The notes: a model not told the origin generated them from the letters alone. A DNA stretch of 64,000 nt from Alphaproteobacteria bacterium (GCA_045613285.1 JAZLAQ010000030.1:28290-92289); one strand, 5' to 3'. Counted from the first letter of the stretch, positions 41,357 to 51,926 are shown. Translations and numbers: made by a program.

Positions 41357-42044
41357 ACAATTTCACAGAACTTTCTTATTATTTGGCGAAAATGCTTTTC
41401 TGAAACTCCAACAATCCCATATTGCCGTCATCGGATGTGGCGCTGTCGGCAGTTTTGCCTGTGAAGCACTGGCTCGTGTCGGTATCGGACACATAACGTT
41501 AGTTGACGGTGATGATGTTCAGGAAACTAATATCAATAGACAGATTTGTGCTACACATCATACTATTGGTCAGAAAAAAACAACCGTTTTATGCGAACGG
41601 ATTCATGACATTTGTCCGGAAACGAAAGTATCCGTTTATAATTATTTTGCAAATAATTCCAACTTTAATACTATATTTCGGGACAAGCCTGATTTTGTTA
41701 TTGATGCTATTGACGTTTTACAAGATAAAACAGACCTGATTGTTTATTTACAGGAACAAAAAATCCCCTTTATTTCATCCATGGGAGCAGCTCTGAAAAC
41801 AAATCCCACTCAGATACGAATCGCACCACTAAATCAAACCGCTGTTTGTCCTTTGGCAGCCAGATTACGCAGGCTGTTAAAAGACAAACAGACTGATTTA
41901 TCTTTTCCTTGTATTTTTTCTGTAGAAAAACCGACCGGACAACAGGAAAAAGGACGACAAATGGGTAGTTTAGTCACAATTACAGGTATTTTCGGACTGA
42001 TATCCGCCAACGAAGCCATCCAATTTATTGTTAAAAATAAATAA
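41346..42044 (+). CDS. tcdA: ThiF/MoeB-family E1-like protein, TcdA (tRNA ct6A dehydratase)-like (232 aa)
   Basis: Rossmann motif IGCGAVGSFACEALAR...VDGDDV..NINRQ. Its length and its lack of the C-terminal rhodanese/CxxC region of MoeB/ThiF fit TcdA/CsdL. Confidence 0.7.
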   Translation: MNRKQFHRTFLLFGENAFLKLQQSHIAVIGCGAVGSFACEALARVGIGHITLVDGDDVQETNINRQICATHHTIGQKKTTVLCERIHDICPETKVSVYNYFANNSNFNTIFRDKPDFVIDAIDVLQDKTDLIVYLQEQKIPFISSMGAALKTNPTQIRIAPLNQTAVCPLAARLRRLLKDKQTDLSFPCIFSVEKPTGQQEKGRQMGSLVTITGIFGLISANEAIQFIVKNK

Positions 42045-42128
42045 TATTGATTGACAAAATCATATAAATCCGTCATATTCAGCGAATATTGTTTTAAAAC
42101 TTATCATACAAGAAAGTATTTATTCGTT

Positions 42129-44369
42129 ATGTCAGATTTTTTTGAATTAGAAGATATAGAAATTCCCTCTCATAAATTACCAAATTTTCCTTTTTTAAAC
42201 GGACTAAATCAAGAACAGCACCAAGCTGTTACACATACGGACGGACCTTTGTTGGTTCTGTCCGGTGCCGGAACTGGGAAAACACGCGTTCTAACAACCA
42301 GAATTGCCTATCTCTTAGCAATGGAAAAAGCAACTCCTTGGCAAGTATTAGCAGTTACATTTACCAACAAAGCCAGTCGGGAAATGAAAGAACGTCTGGA
42401 ACAAATGATAGGTCCCCCTGCCCGATCCGTTTGGTTAGGAACTTTTCACTCCATCGGTTTAAAGATTTTAACCCGTTTTTCTGCAGAAGCAAATTTAAAA
42501 CCTAATTTTATCATTTTAAATAGTGATGATCAAGAAAGGCTGCTAAAACAAATTATGACTGATAACGGTATTGATATTAAACGATATACACCTGCTGTTA
42601 TGTCAGATATTATCCAACGCTGGAAAGATCGCGGTCTATCCCCCATAAATATAACACCGGCAGAAGATTCTAATTTTTGTGATGGACGGGCTAAAGGTAT
42701 CTATCAATTATATCAAAATCGTTTAAAAGAGTTAAACGCTGTTGATTTTGGTGACTTATTACTCTTACCGTTAGAGTTATTTAAAAATCATCCGGATATT
42801 CTAATTCAATATCAAAATAAATTTAAATACCTTTTGGTTGACGAATATCAGGACACAAATGTCGCTCAGTATATGTTTTTGAGACTATTGGCTCAAAAAA
42901 GTCAAAATATCTGTTGCGTTGGGGATGACGATCAGTCTATCTATTCCTGGCGAGGAGCAGAGGTTGAAAATATTCTAAACTTTCAATCTGTCTACCCAAA
43001 TGCGACGGTTATCAGATTAGAACAAAATTATCGTTCAACCGAACATATTTTAGGGGCTGCGTCGGCTTTAATATCCAACAATACCGACAGGCTGGGCAAA
43101 ACTTTAAAAGTGGCCGAAACCAGAAACGGTAGCGGCGATCGTGTTCATGTAAAAGGCTATTGGAACGGGATTCAGGAAGCCGAAGGTGTTATTGAACAAA
43201 TAGAGAATGAACAAAGAAACGGAAAAAGTTTATCTAAAATGGCTATCTTGGTCAGAACTTCAGCCCAAACACGCCCTTTTGAAGAAACTTTAATCAAACA
43301 AGGTATTCCCTATAAAATCATCGGTGGTTTCAAATTCTATGAACGGGAAGAAATTCGAGATGCCGTTGCCTATTTAAGACTGGTACTGAACACATCAGAC
43401 GACTTAGCCTTTGCTCGTATCGTCAATAAACCCAGACGTGGTATCGGTGATAGTGCCATACAATCTTTAACACAAACCGCAAAAGAACATAAAATAAGCC
43501 TGTTTGACGCTGTCTCATGGGCAGAGTTAAGACCTTCTGTTCGCCGTTCTTTGGATACATTTGTCGGTTTAATAAATATGATGCGTGAACAACTAAATAC
43601 CCTTGATCCAAAACCGTTAGCAAAACAATTACTGGAAAATTCCGGTTATTTGAATATGTGGCGACAAGATAAATCCTTGGAAGCCGAAGGACGTTTGGAA
43701 AACATTGAAGAACTTTACAATGTTTTAGCAGACTTCGAAAGTATCAACGAATTTATTGAATATGCCACGTTAATCACTGATGCTGATGAGAATTCCAGTG
43801 AAGACCAACTGATTGTTATGACATTACATGCTTCTAAGGGCCTGGAATTTGATTGCGTCTTTCTGGCAGGTTGGGAAGAAGGTTTATTCCCACATCAAAA
43901 AGCATTGGATGAATCTGGGGAAACAGGCCTTTCTGAGGAACGCCGTCTGGCTTATGTCGGTATAACACGAGCAAGACAAAAGGCTTTTATCTCATATGCC
44001 ACAAACCGTAAAATATACGGACACTATGAAAACAGCGTATCCAGTCGTTTTATTGATGAATTACCTGAAGAACATATCCAGAACGATACAGTTGACAAAA
44101 TGGGATACGGCTATAAAAATGACTTTGTTTTTAATCACTATGATTACACTGAATCGCCTTTTTCATCGGTAACCAGAGAAAATAATTACTGGAATAAGAC
44201 AAAAGTACAACTCCCTTCCCAACAAAAATCTAGTCGTATCGGAAAGCGGGTCTACCACGATTCGTTTGGTTACGGAACCGTTATTCGTGAAAATGGAGAT
44301 CGTCTAGAAGTTCACTTTGATAATTACGGTCTAAAAAAAGTTTTATCCCGTTTTTTAAGTGAAAATTGA
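42129..44369 (+). CDS. uvrD: UvrD/Rep/PcrA-family superfamily-1 DNA helicase (track start 42051 gives 772 aa; the ATG at 42129 gives 746 aa)
   Basis: Motifs I (LSGAGTGKTRVL), Ia, II (DEYQDTN), III, V, VI (VGITRAR). The C-terminal ~80 aa end in a Tudor/UvrD_C-2-like segment (YHDSFGYGTV). Confidence 0.85.
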   Translation: MSDFFELEDIEIPSHKLPNFPFLNGLNQEQHQAVTHTDGPLLVLSGAGTGKTRVLTTRIAYLLAMEKATPWQVLAVTFTNKASREMKERLEQMIGPPARSVWLGTFHSIGLKILTRFSAEANLKPNFIILNSDDQERLLKQIMTDNGIDIKRYTPAVMSDIIQRWKDRGLSPINITPAEDSNFCDGRAKGIYQLYQNRLKELNAVDFGDLLLLPLELFKNHPDILIQYQNKFKYLLVDEYQDTNVAQYMFLRLLAQKSQNICCVGDDDQSIYSWRGAEVENILNFQSVYPNATVIRLEQNYRSTEHILGAASALISNNTDRLGKTLKVAETRNGSGDRVHVKGYWNGIQEAEGVIEQIENEQRNGKSLSKMAILVRTSAQTRPFEETLIKQGIPYKIIGGFKFYEREEIRDAVAYLRLVLNTSDDLAFARIVNKPRRGIGDSAIQSLTQTAKEHKISLFDAVSWAELRPSVRRSLDTFVGLINMMREQLNTLDPKPLAKQLLENSGYLNMWRQDKSLEAEGRLENIEELYNVLADFESINEFIEYATLITDADENSSEDQLIVMTLHASKGLEFDCVFLAGWEEGLFPHQKALDESGETGLSEERRLAYVGITRARQKAFISYATNRKIYGHYENSVSSRFIDELPEEHIQNDTVDKMGYGYKNDFVFNHYDYTESPFSSVTRENNYWNKTKVQLPSQQKSSRIGKRVYHDSFGYGTVIRENGDRLEVHFDNYGLKKVLSRFLSEN

Positions 44370-44430
44370 TTTTTAATTCTTGTTATTTAAAAAATTATAT
44401 GTTATATTCACATTAGTTACAGGAGGAAAT

Positions 44431-45153
44431 ATGAAATACGAAGATCCAAAAATAATTGCTGAACAAGATAAAACAACATCTGCATCAGATAGTTTGGTAT
44501 TAACAACTAAAAAAAGACAAATTCGCCCTAGAACTGCAACTCAAGGGGAATTTATTCAAGCCATGAATACACATGACATGGTTTTTGGTTTAGGACCTGC
44601 CGGTACCGGAAAAACATTTTTAGCTGTTGCTAAGGCTGTATCGGAAATGTTAGCCGGAAATGTTGATCGGATTATTCTGACACGTCCTGCTGTTGAAGCC
44701 GGTGAGAATTTAGGTTTCCTGCCTGGTGATTTAAAGGATAAAATTGATCCGTATTTACGACCACTATATGACGCTTTGTATGACATGTTACCTGCCGATG
44801 TCGTGGATAAGAAATTGGATTCCGGAGAAATTGAAATTGCTCCTTTAGCTTATATGAGGGGACGTACCCTTTCGCATGCTGTTGTTATTCTGGATGAAGC
44901 ACAAAATACAACTGGTATGCAAATGAAAATGTTCCTGACACGTTTGGGTGAAGGTTCCCGTATGATTATCAATGGTGATTTAACACAAACAGACTTGCCA
45001 CGTGGCATCATATCAGGTTTAGTAGAAGCATCCCGTATTTTAAAAAACATACCGGAAGTTGCCTTTGTTCAATTTTCAGAAAAGGACGTTGTCCGACACG
45101 GTTTAGTTTCTAAAATCGTCAAGGCCTATGAACAGGACAAGAAAGATGCCTGA
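44431..45153 (+). CDS. ybeZ: PhoH-like ATPase (YbeZ). The likely start is the ATG at 44431 (240 aa).
   Basis: Walker A GPAGTGKT and Walker B ILDEAQN. An AGGAGG SD lies immediately upstream of 44431. The track start at 44380 is over-extended. Confidence 0.85.
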   Translation: MKYEDPKIIAEQDKTTSASDSLVLTTKKRQIRPRTATQGEFIQAMNTHDMVFGLGPAGTGKTFLAVAKAVSEMLAGNVDRIILTRPAVEAGENLGFLPGDLKDKIDPYLRPLYDALYDMLPADVVDKKLDSGEIEIAPLAYMRGRTLSHAVVILDEAQNTTGMQMKMFLTRLGEGSRMIINGDLTQTDLPRGIISGLVEASRILKNIPEVAFVQFSEKDVVRHGLVSKIVKAYEQDKKDA

Positions 45154-45610
45154 TATTGACATACAGGTTCGGACAAAACGATTTTATCTAAAAAAATTAA
45201 AGATAAAAGACTTTTGTCGATATGTTATTGATCAAGCATGGCAAGGATACGAACCAGCTGAGGTATCATTGGTTTTAGCCGATGATCGTTTTGTACATGT
45301 GCTCAATCGAGATTATCGGGGAAAAGATTGTCCGACTAATGTATTGTCTTTTGAAAATGCAGAAAAACCACCCAAGGGTCAACCCTGGATGGCGGGTGAT
45401 ATTATTATAGCCTATCAAACTGTTCAAAAAGAAGCGAAAGCCCAACAAAAACCATTTTTGGCCCATTTAGCCCACTTATTGGTTCATGGTACTTTACACC
45501 TGCAAGGGTATGATCATTTAACCGCAAAACAAGCAAAACCAATGGAAAGCTTGGAGATCAAAATCATGAAAAAAATGGGATATCCTAATCCTTATCGAAA
45601 TGTGGAGTAA
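45128..45610 (+). CDS. ybeY: Endoribonuclease YbeY (rRNA maturation factor)
   Basis: Zinc motif [11 protein letters not shown]. ybeZ-ybeY-ybeX order. The start may be the Met at 45146. Confidence 0.85.
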   Translation: MNRTRKMPDIDIQVRTKRFYLKKLKIKDFCRYVIDQAWQGYEPAEVSLVLADDRFVHVLNRDYRGKDCPTNVLSFENAEKPPKGQPWMAGDIIIAYQTVQKEAKAQQKPFLAHLAHLLVHGTLHLQGYDHLTAKQAKPMESLEIKIMKKMGYPNPYRNVE

Positions 45611-46487
45611 AAAAATGAAACTGATACAAAAAGTTAAAGGATACTTTGAAAAACATCCAGAAGAAGATAAAGTTATTGAAACAATAGAAGAAATTATGGA
45701 TGAACGTGAAGAACGCGGGGATGATGTTCTGGTTGATCCGGATGAATTACTCTTGTTGAAAAATCTGTTTAAATTACGGGATATTCGAGCGGGACAAATT
45801 ATGATACCTCATATTGATATCATAGGTATTCCAACAACGGCAAATTTATCCGATGTGCGTGATATTGTTATACGGGATAAATTTACACGTCTGCCTGTCT
45901 ATGAAAAAACTCTAGACAACGTTGTCGGCATCGTCCATGTCAAAGATTTACTGTTAAAATTGTTTGAGATGGGAAAAGAGGTTACCGTTCAGGAAGTCAT
46001 GAGTAAATCTGTATTATTTGTACCGGAATCCATTCGGGTTTTAGATCTATTACATGATATGCAAACTAAAAGAACTCAAATGGCTATTGTTATCGATGAA
46101 TACGGTGGAACAGCCGGACTTATTACTTTGGAAGATTTATTGGAAGAAATCGTCGGTGAAATTGAAGATGAACATGATGCCTTGGACAGCCCCCCTATTT
46201 TACGGGAAATAAAGAAAAACCAATGGGATGCCGATGCCCGTATATCCTTAGAAGATTTAGAAAAGACAATCGGACAATTCCTGACACCCAACGAAAGAAC
46301 TTCTGATATTGATACTATTGGTGGTTTGGTATTCCAATTAGCTGGTCGTCTACCTAAACAAAATGAAGTTATTAAGCATTCTTCCGGATTAAAATTCAGA
46401 ATTACACAAGTTGATTCTAGATGTATTCGACAGGTTAAAATAACAAAAACATATACACCAAAGAAAACAAAGACCAAGAAAAATTAA
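45600..46487 (+). CDS. corC: CorC/YbeX-type CBS-pair plus CorC_HlyC domain protein (295 aa)
   Basis: Tandem CBS domains followed by a transporter-associated C-terminal domain. No DUF21 membrane domain. Lies downstream of ybeY. Confidence 0.8.
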   Translation: MWSKKMKLIQKVKGYFEKHPEEDKVIETIEEIMDEREERGDDVLVDPDELLLLKNLFKLRDIRAGQIMIPHIDIIGIPTTANLSDVRDIVIRDKFTRLPVYEKTLDNVVGIVHVKDLLLKLFEMGKEVTVQEVMSKSVLFVPESIRVLDLLHDMQTKRTQMAIVIDEYGGTAGLITLEDLLEEIVGEIEDEHDALDSPPILREIKKNQWDADARISLEDLEKTIGQFLTPNERTSDIDTIGGLVFQLAGRLPKQNEVIKHSSGLKFRITQVDSRCIRQVKITKTYTPKKTKTKKN

Positions 46488-47695
46488 AAGCCAAAACGCT
46501 TTTTGTCTGTTTTGTTATTCTTGTTCAAAGCTAATTTATCCAGAACATGTCCATACAATCTGATATAAAGAAGTTCGTTGGTATTTTCTATTTTTGGTTC
46601 AAATAAAACAGGATTATTTGCAACCGCTGCATTTAAATCTGTTTCTTCCTTTAATTCACATATTCTATCTGAACAGGAAGTATACATGACACTTAACTTC
46701 TGTCCTTCAGAGGAAACAGTATAATTAAATAAAAATGGTCGTTCTTTTGAAATATTAGAAACTGTTACAGAACCAGCTGTTAAAGAACAATTACCATCCA
46801 TACAATTAAACCGGATTGTCTGAGAATTGTTTAATTTCAAAAGAGAAACAGTCGGATTTGGGACAGAACTTTCTACATATTTAAAACCACCTGAAATAGT
46901 ATACGTTGTCGGACAAGAGGCATCACATAAAATATATTCTGAACCAATTAACGGTTCGCCAAAGTTGTCTATATGCCCGTTTCCTTTATTATTACTAACG
47001 GAATCCCAATGGTAAATAGGCGTATTAGCATACGGATAAGAATAGGGTGTCATACAGATTAAAACATTTCTGCTTGTGTCTGAATACCAGTTATCCAATT
47101 TTTCTGAAACAGACGGATAAATTATTCGCTTGCCGGTATCAAAATGTTTTGTAAATCCTGTATATTTTTGTCCGTTATTGATGGCATACGCCTGACCTGC
47201 ACCTGGGATAACATCTTCTAGAATACCACAGACAGTAGAACCATAAGAACGTTTTTGCATTGATCTGAGCCATGCACGTGAAGTATCTGGCCACCAATCT
47301 GGTTGATATCCTGTTGTTAATACATATTGATTATCAGTAGGACAAGAAGATATATTTTCACTTTCATCCAAACAAACCAGCGAGCTGATAAAACCATCAT
47401 CCGGTGTTGAGTTATCCGTTGAAATATCATGGAATCCCCCCTCTTCATTTCCTTTTAAATGAGGGGGTAGCATTTTCCACAGATTATCCGCATTAAAAGT
47501 GTGAAAATCTGCCCCTGACACATTCCAAGTTATCATCTGTTTCATATAATCTTTGGCAGCCTGATGTTGATTCAACAGTGTAACAATGTTTGTTTCCTCT
47601 CGATACATATCAATCTGATAAGAATCACTCCGAGGAAAAAACATATATGTCATAATACTTGCTATAAAAACCAATATACTTGCTAAATAAATCAT
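46484..47695 (-). CDS. Membrane-anchored, Cys-rich periplasmic protein of unknown function (403 aa)
   Basis: A single N-terminal TM (MIYLASILVFIASIMTYMFF), then a Ser/Thr/Asn/Cys-rich domain with several Cys pairs. Monocistronic, convergent with corC and divergent from chrA. Confidence 0.45.
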   Translation of the reverse strand: MIYLASILVFIASIMTYMFFPRSDSYQIDMYREETNIVTLLNQHQAAKDYMKQMITWNVSGADFHTFNADNLWKMLPPHLKGNEEGGFHDISTDNSTPDDGFISSLVCLDESENISSCPTDNQYVLTTGYQPDWWPDTSRAWLRSMQKRSYGSTVCGILEDVIPGAGQAYAINNGQKYTGFTKHFDTGKRIIYPSVSEKLDNWYSDTSRNVLICMTPYSYPYANTPIYHWDSVSNNKGNGHIDNFGEPLIGSEYILCDASCPTTYTISGGFKYVESSVPNPTVSLLKLNNSQTIRFNCMDGNCSLTAGSVTVSNISKERPFLFNYTVSSEGQKLSVMYTSCSDRICELKEETDLNAAVANNPVLFEPKIENTNELLYIRLYGHVLDKLALNKNNKTDKKRFGF

Positions 47696-47780
47696 ATAAA
47701 ACTCCTTTTTTCCTATTTTAAGTTGATTTTATTCCAAAAATCAAGTAAAAAATACTATGAATTTAATTTTAAGGAAAAAA

Positions 47781-48317
47781 ATGTTATTACGTCTCTTTTT
47801 ATCTTTTTTCAAAATTGGTCTATTTGCCTTTGGTGGTGGCTATGTTATAGTCGGTCTGGCAGAAAGAGAATTGGTTCAGAAAAATAAATGGCTGACAAAA
47901 CAGGAGCTGTTTGATTTTTTAACACTCAGTCAAACCTTACCTGGTCTGATATCCGTCAACTTAGCACTTTTTTTAGGAAATAAAATAAGGGGATTTTGGG
48001 GCGGTATTTGCGCTGTTTTCGGTATGGTTTTTCCTGCCTTTGTTGCTATTATTTTGTTGGCTTCTTTTATTAATAAAGCCGAACAATTTCCAGTGATAAG
48101 CCACGCAATGACGGGTATAAAAATCGCCGTATGTGTTTTAATTTTAAATGTTGCCTGCGGACAAATAAAACAATCCGTTAAAAGCAAAAAAACAGCGTGT
48201 ATCGGTATTATTACCTGTTTATGGATTTTATTTCAATTACCAACAGCCTTTCCTTTAATTTCTGGTTGTATATTTGGTTGGATATATTATAAAAAGGAAA
48301 AGGAGGTTTTAAAATGA
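47781..48317 (+). CDS. chrA: Chromate transporter ChrA, short-chain N-terminal-half homolog. The likely start is at 47781.
   Basis: FGGGY signature (LFAFGGGYV). An AAGGA SD lies 5 nt upstream of the ATG at 47781. About 5 TM helices. Confidence 0.75.
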   Translation: MLLRLFLSFFKIGLFAFGGGYVIVGLAERELVQKNKWLTKQELFDFLTLSQTLPGLISVNLALFLGNKIRGFWGGICAVFGMVFPAFVAIILLASFINKAEQFPVISHAMTGIKIAVCVLILNVACGQIKQSVKSKKTACIGIITCLWILFQLPTAFPLISGCIFGWIYYKKEKEVLK

Positions 48318-48853
48318 ATTTATTACAGTTATTCGGGCAATTTATTTATATCGGTGTTTTGGCCTTTGGCGGTGGAATGGCAGTTATTCCTTTTTTACAC
48401 GAATTAGTCAATCGTTCCCCAATCATCACACAACAAGACTTAAGTAATGTTATCGCTTTATCCCAAATGACCCCTGGGGCTATTGGAGTCAATATGGCAA
48501 CTTATACCGGTTATATATTGGGTGGTTTTACCGGTAGCTTTCTTGCCACTTTTGCTTTGATATTACCATCTATTGTTATCATCAGTCTTGTCAGCCATTA
48601 TTGGCAGAATAAAAAAGAAAATCCGATTTTTAACTCTATTTTTAACGGAGCAAAAGCCAGCGTTGCCGGCTTGTTAATAAGTACTTTTTTCTTCTTGTTT
48701 TATGCTTTATTTCAAGCAGAAAAAAACATAACAACTAACTTTAAAATTATCGGATTATTTTTAGTTCTATCACTGATTGTATTCAAATACAAACCCAGTC
48801 CCATGCTTTATATTCTGGGGATGGGCTTTATCGGAATTTTATTTCAGTTATAA
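48314..48853 (+). CDS. chrA: Chromate transporter ChrA, short-chain C-terminal-half homolog (179 aa)
   Basis: Second FGGG signature (LAFGGGMAV). 4-nt ATGA overlap with the preceding half. A paired short-chain CHR arrangement. Confidence 0.75.
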   Translation: MNLLQLFGQFIYIGVLAFGGGMAVIPFLHELVNRSPIITQQDLSNVIALSQMTPGAIGVNMATYTGYILGGFTGSFLATFALILPSIVIISLVSHYWQNKKENPIFNSIFNGAKASVAGLLISTFFFLFYALFQAEKNITTNFKIIGLFLVLSLIVFKYKPSPMLYILGMGFIGILFQL

Positions 48854-49312
48854 TTATCGTTCTTTACTCCATTTTTTTAAATATTTATAGAAACATGCTC
48901 TATCTTTGGCATGGGCCAACTTTCTATCAATAAAGCCATTATAATCCCGTCGTAAAGCAATGGGACCAAAATCTGGAATTTCAATATCCACACTTTCACC
49001 GACCTTAATATTCCGAAGTGCTGGATCAAAACATTTTTTATTGATGAATTTATGTAAAGAACGTTCTATCAAACAAAAATTGGATAACCTATTTTTCCCA
49101 CCGCCGGACAAAGGAACAATATGATGCACATCAAAACCATGTGGAACCCTTCCTTTGGATGCACGGGTCAAATTAAAAATATCGGCATACTTATCCAAGT
49201 ATCCTTTCCGGTATAGCCAACGAACAAAAACCTGATTCAGTTTTTTTCGAGTAAATTCCTTTCTTAATGCCTTAGTTACTTCCGGTGGTTGTAGTGTAAA
49301 ATGAACGACCAT
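48854..49312 (-). CDS. HNH/EndoVII-superfamily small nuclease (152 aa)
   Basis: HH...N...H motif (FDVHHIVPLSGGGKNRLSNFCLIERSLHKF). The start is 2 nt downstream of the recG stop. Confidence 0.55.
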   Translation of the reverse strand: MVVHFTLQPPEVTKALRKEFTRKKLNQVFVRWLYRKGYLDKYADIFNLTRASKGRVPHGFDVHHIVPLSGGGKNRLSNFCLIERSLHKFINKKCFDPALRNIKVGESVDIEIPDFGPIALRRDYNGFIDRKLAHAKDRACFYKYLKKWSKER

Positions 49313-49313
49313 G

Positions 49314-51398
49314 TTATCCTGCTTTCAATGTTTGTAGTTCTCTGTCTTTTTGAAATAAATAAAGTAAAATACGAAGTGCCTGTCCCCGAGGACTTGTTAA
49401 TTGTGGATCTAAAGATAAAATTGTCTGTGCATCTTTTGTTGCTGTCCAAAGCAAGTCCCCTTGAACAGACATATCTGCCATTTTAAATTCCAGTGTTCCA
49501 CTTTGGCGGGCACCAAGCATTTCCCCTGCTCCACGTAACTTCAAATCTTCTTCGGCAATGATAAATCCATCATCTGTTTCCCGCATAACAGCCAATCTTT
49601 TTTTGGCTGTTTCTGTCAATTTTTCACCATGTAGCAACAGACATTGTGATTTTTGATTACCACGACCAACACGCCCACGTAACTGATGTAATCCTGCCAA
49701 GCCGAATCGTTCTGCCTGTTCAATAATCATAATAGATGCCGATTTAACATCTACCCCAACCTCGATAACAGTTGTTGCAACTAAAATATCCAACTGTCCT
49801 TGGGCAAATCTGTCCATAACCAAATCTTTTTCGGGACCTTTCATCTTACCATGAACTAAACCGACACGTTCCCCAAAAAGCTTTTGTAATGCCGTATAGC
49901 GTTCTTTAACCGCCGTCAAATCTGTTTTTTCAGATTCTTCTACCAAAGGACAAATCCAATAAGCCTGTATTCTTTCATGACTTGTCTGTATTTTTTGTTT
50001 CAGTCTATCCACCAAGTCAGGTATTTTGGATACTGGTATTACACTTGTTTCAATCGGCTGACGTCCTAAAGGTTTTTCGTCCAGTCTGGAAATATCCATA
50101 TCACCATAAACAGTTAATGCTAAACTTCTGGGGATAGGCGTTGCCGTCATAACTAATAGATTGACTCCTTTTTCTTTTTTTACCAATGCCAGACGCTGAT
50201 GAACTCCGAATTTATGTTGTTCATCTATAATGACAAGTCCTAACTTTTTAAAAGAAACATCTTCGGTCAGCAACGCATGTGTCCCGATTAAAATATTTAT
50301 TTTTCCATCAGATAAGTCAGACAAAATCTGTTGTCGGATTTTCCCTTTTTCCCGTCCTGTCAACAAACCTACCTGAATATTTAAGGGTTCACATAACTTT
50401 TGTATTTTTGAAAAATGCTGACGGGCTAAGATATCGGTCGGTGCCATCAAAGCCGACTGAATTCCAGCTTCTATAGCGGTTATCATGGACAAGAGAGCAA
50501 CAATAGTTTTACCACTGCCAACATCACCTTGTAGCAATCGTGTCATTCGGGTTTCATTTTCCATATCCCGTTGTATTTCTATCAATACCCGTTGTTGAGC
50601 CCCTGTTAACTCAAAAGGTAGTTGTTCTTTTATCTTTTGAATAAGAATTCCCGTTCCCTGAACTACACATCCGTTCTGTTTCTTATTTTGCTGACGAACC
50701 AACAATAGAGCCAGCTGATTAGCCAAAATTTCATCATATGCCAACCGTAAACGGGCCGGATGTGTCGGTAATAAATCTAAATTTGTTTTAGGATGATGAA
50801 CCTGTTCTAACGCATTTTTCCAAAACGGCATTTGATGCTTGGCTTGAAAAGAACTATCCAACCATTCAGGTAACTCAGATAATTTCGGAACAACCTGTCC
50901 AACTATCCGTCGCAACAATTTACTACTTACCCCTTTTGACTGAGGATAAATAACTTCATATTCAGGAATTTGTTCCTTTGTTTCGGATATATAATCCGGA
51001 TGCAATATTTTATATCCCGATCCCTGTTTCTCCAGACGACCGGAAACCCAAATTTTCTTTCCTTCCGGATATTTTTGCTGTAAATAACTTTTATGGTAAT
51101 TAAAAAAGACCAACTCAATTGTACCTAGGACCATTTCACCAATAATGCGATAAGGCTTACTTTTATTCGGCGGAATCTGATGAAATAGGACAGTCATTTG
51201 AAATGTTCCAAAATCCCTTAAGCAAACTTCTGACTGTGTTTCCAAAACAGGTCTGTGATTTACACCTGAAGGAAAATGCCATAACACATCGGAAACATAA
51301 TGTCCACACAATCCTGTAACTAATTTGCCCAGTTTGGAACCGACTCCAGCCATACTGGTTATTTCTGTAAATAAAGGATTGAGTATCGTTGGACGCAT
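49314..51398 (-). CDS. recG: ATP-dependent DNA helicase RecG (694 aa)
   Basis: N-terminal wedge domain and SF2 helicase motifs (GDVGSGKT, DEQHKFG, QLRGRVGRG). Confidence 0.9.
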   Translation of the reverse strand: MRPTILNPLFTEITSMAGVGSKLGKLVTGLCGHYVSDVLWHFPSGVNHRPVLETQSEVCLRDFGTFQMTVLFHQIPPNKSKPYRIIGEMVLGTIELVFFNYHKSYLQQKYPEGKKIWVSGRLEKQGSGYKILHPDYISETKEQIPEYEVIYPQSKGVSSKLLRRIVGQVVPKLSELPEWLDSSFQAKHQMPFWKNALEQVHHPKTNLDLLPTHPARLRLAYDEILANQLALLLVRQQNKKQNGCVVQGTGILIQKIKEQLPFELTGAQQRVLIEIQRDMENETRMTRLLQGDVGSGKTIVALLSMITAIEAGIQSALMAPTDILARQHFSKIQKLCEPLNIQVGLLTGREKGKIRQQILSDLSDGKINILIGTHALLTEDVSFKKLGLVIIDEQHKFGVHQRLALVKKEKGVNLLVMTATPIPRSLALTVYGDMDISRLDEKPLGRQPIETSVIPVSKIPDLVDRLKQKIQTSHERIQAYWICPLVEESEKTDLTAVKERYTALQKLFGERVGLVHGKMKGPEKDLVMDRFAQGQLDILVATTVIEVGVDVKSASIMIIEQAERFGLAGLHQLRGRVGRGNQKSQCLLLHGEKLTETAKKRLAVMRETDDGFIIAEEDLKLRGAGEMLGARQSGTLEFKMADMSVQGDLLWTATKDAQTILSLDPQLTSPRGQALRILLYLFQKDRELQTLKAG

Positions 51399-51401
51399 TT
51401 T

Positions 51402-51854
51402 TTATTTTTTCTTTTTAATCTGATTAAACTTCCCTTTTTGAACATTTTGCTGAACAACTGGGCGTTTTGGTTTTAAATAACTGCCGTCATACATTTTTAC
51501 AGAACCATCCGCATAAACAACAGATTTAAAAACAGGCAAATTCCTGAACGATTCTAAAACCGTTCCACAACCTAACTGAGGATTATTCTTTTGTTCATTA
51601 TATGCATTAAACTTAGATGTTGCATATTGACGATAACCTTCTTCCTCTTCTTCTTTTGTTAAAGCCTTGTTGGCAATAATCCGACTGGCAATCAATTCAA
51701 AATCATCCAGTTGAGCCCCGGCATTACAGGCCAATGCCGTTCCGCCGGTAATTCCCAGCTGTTCCGCCTCTGTCAAACCGTTTGCCGTACGAGATGCTGC
51801 CTGAACACCACAGACCAACATCATTAAACTACAAAAAAATATTACTTGTTTCAT
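51402..51854 (-). CDS. Secreted protein of unknown function (150 aa)
   Basis: Signal peptide (MKQVIFFCSLMMLVCGVQA), an acidic EEEEE stretch and a basic C-terminus. Ends 4 nt before the recG start. Confidence 0.45.
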   Translation of the reverse strand: MKQVIFFCSLMMLVCGVQAASRTANGLTEAEQLGITGGTALACNAGAQLDDFELIASRIIANKALTKEEEEEGYRQYATSKFNAYNEQKNNPQLGCGTVLESFRNLPVFKSVVYADGSVKMYDGSYLKPKRPVVQQNVQKGKFNQIKKKK

Positions 51855-51926
51855 TGACTTTCTCCTCTAAAATACTTTATAATCCATTATAAGCACACTT
51901 TATTACGAATTTCAAGGAGAATTTTT

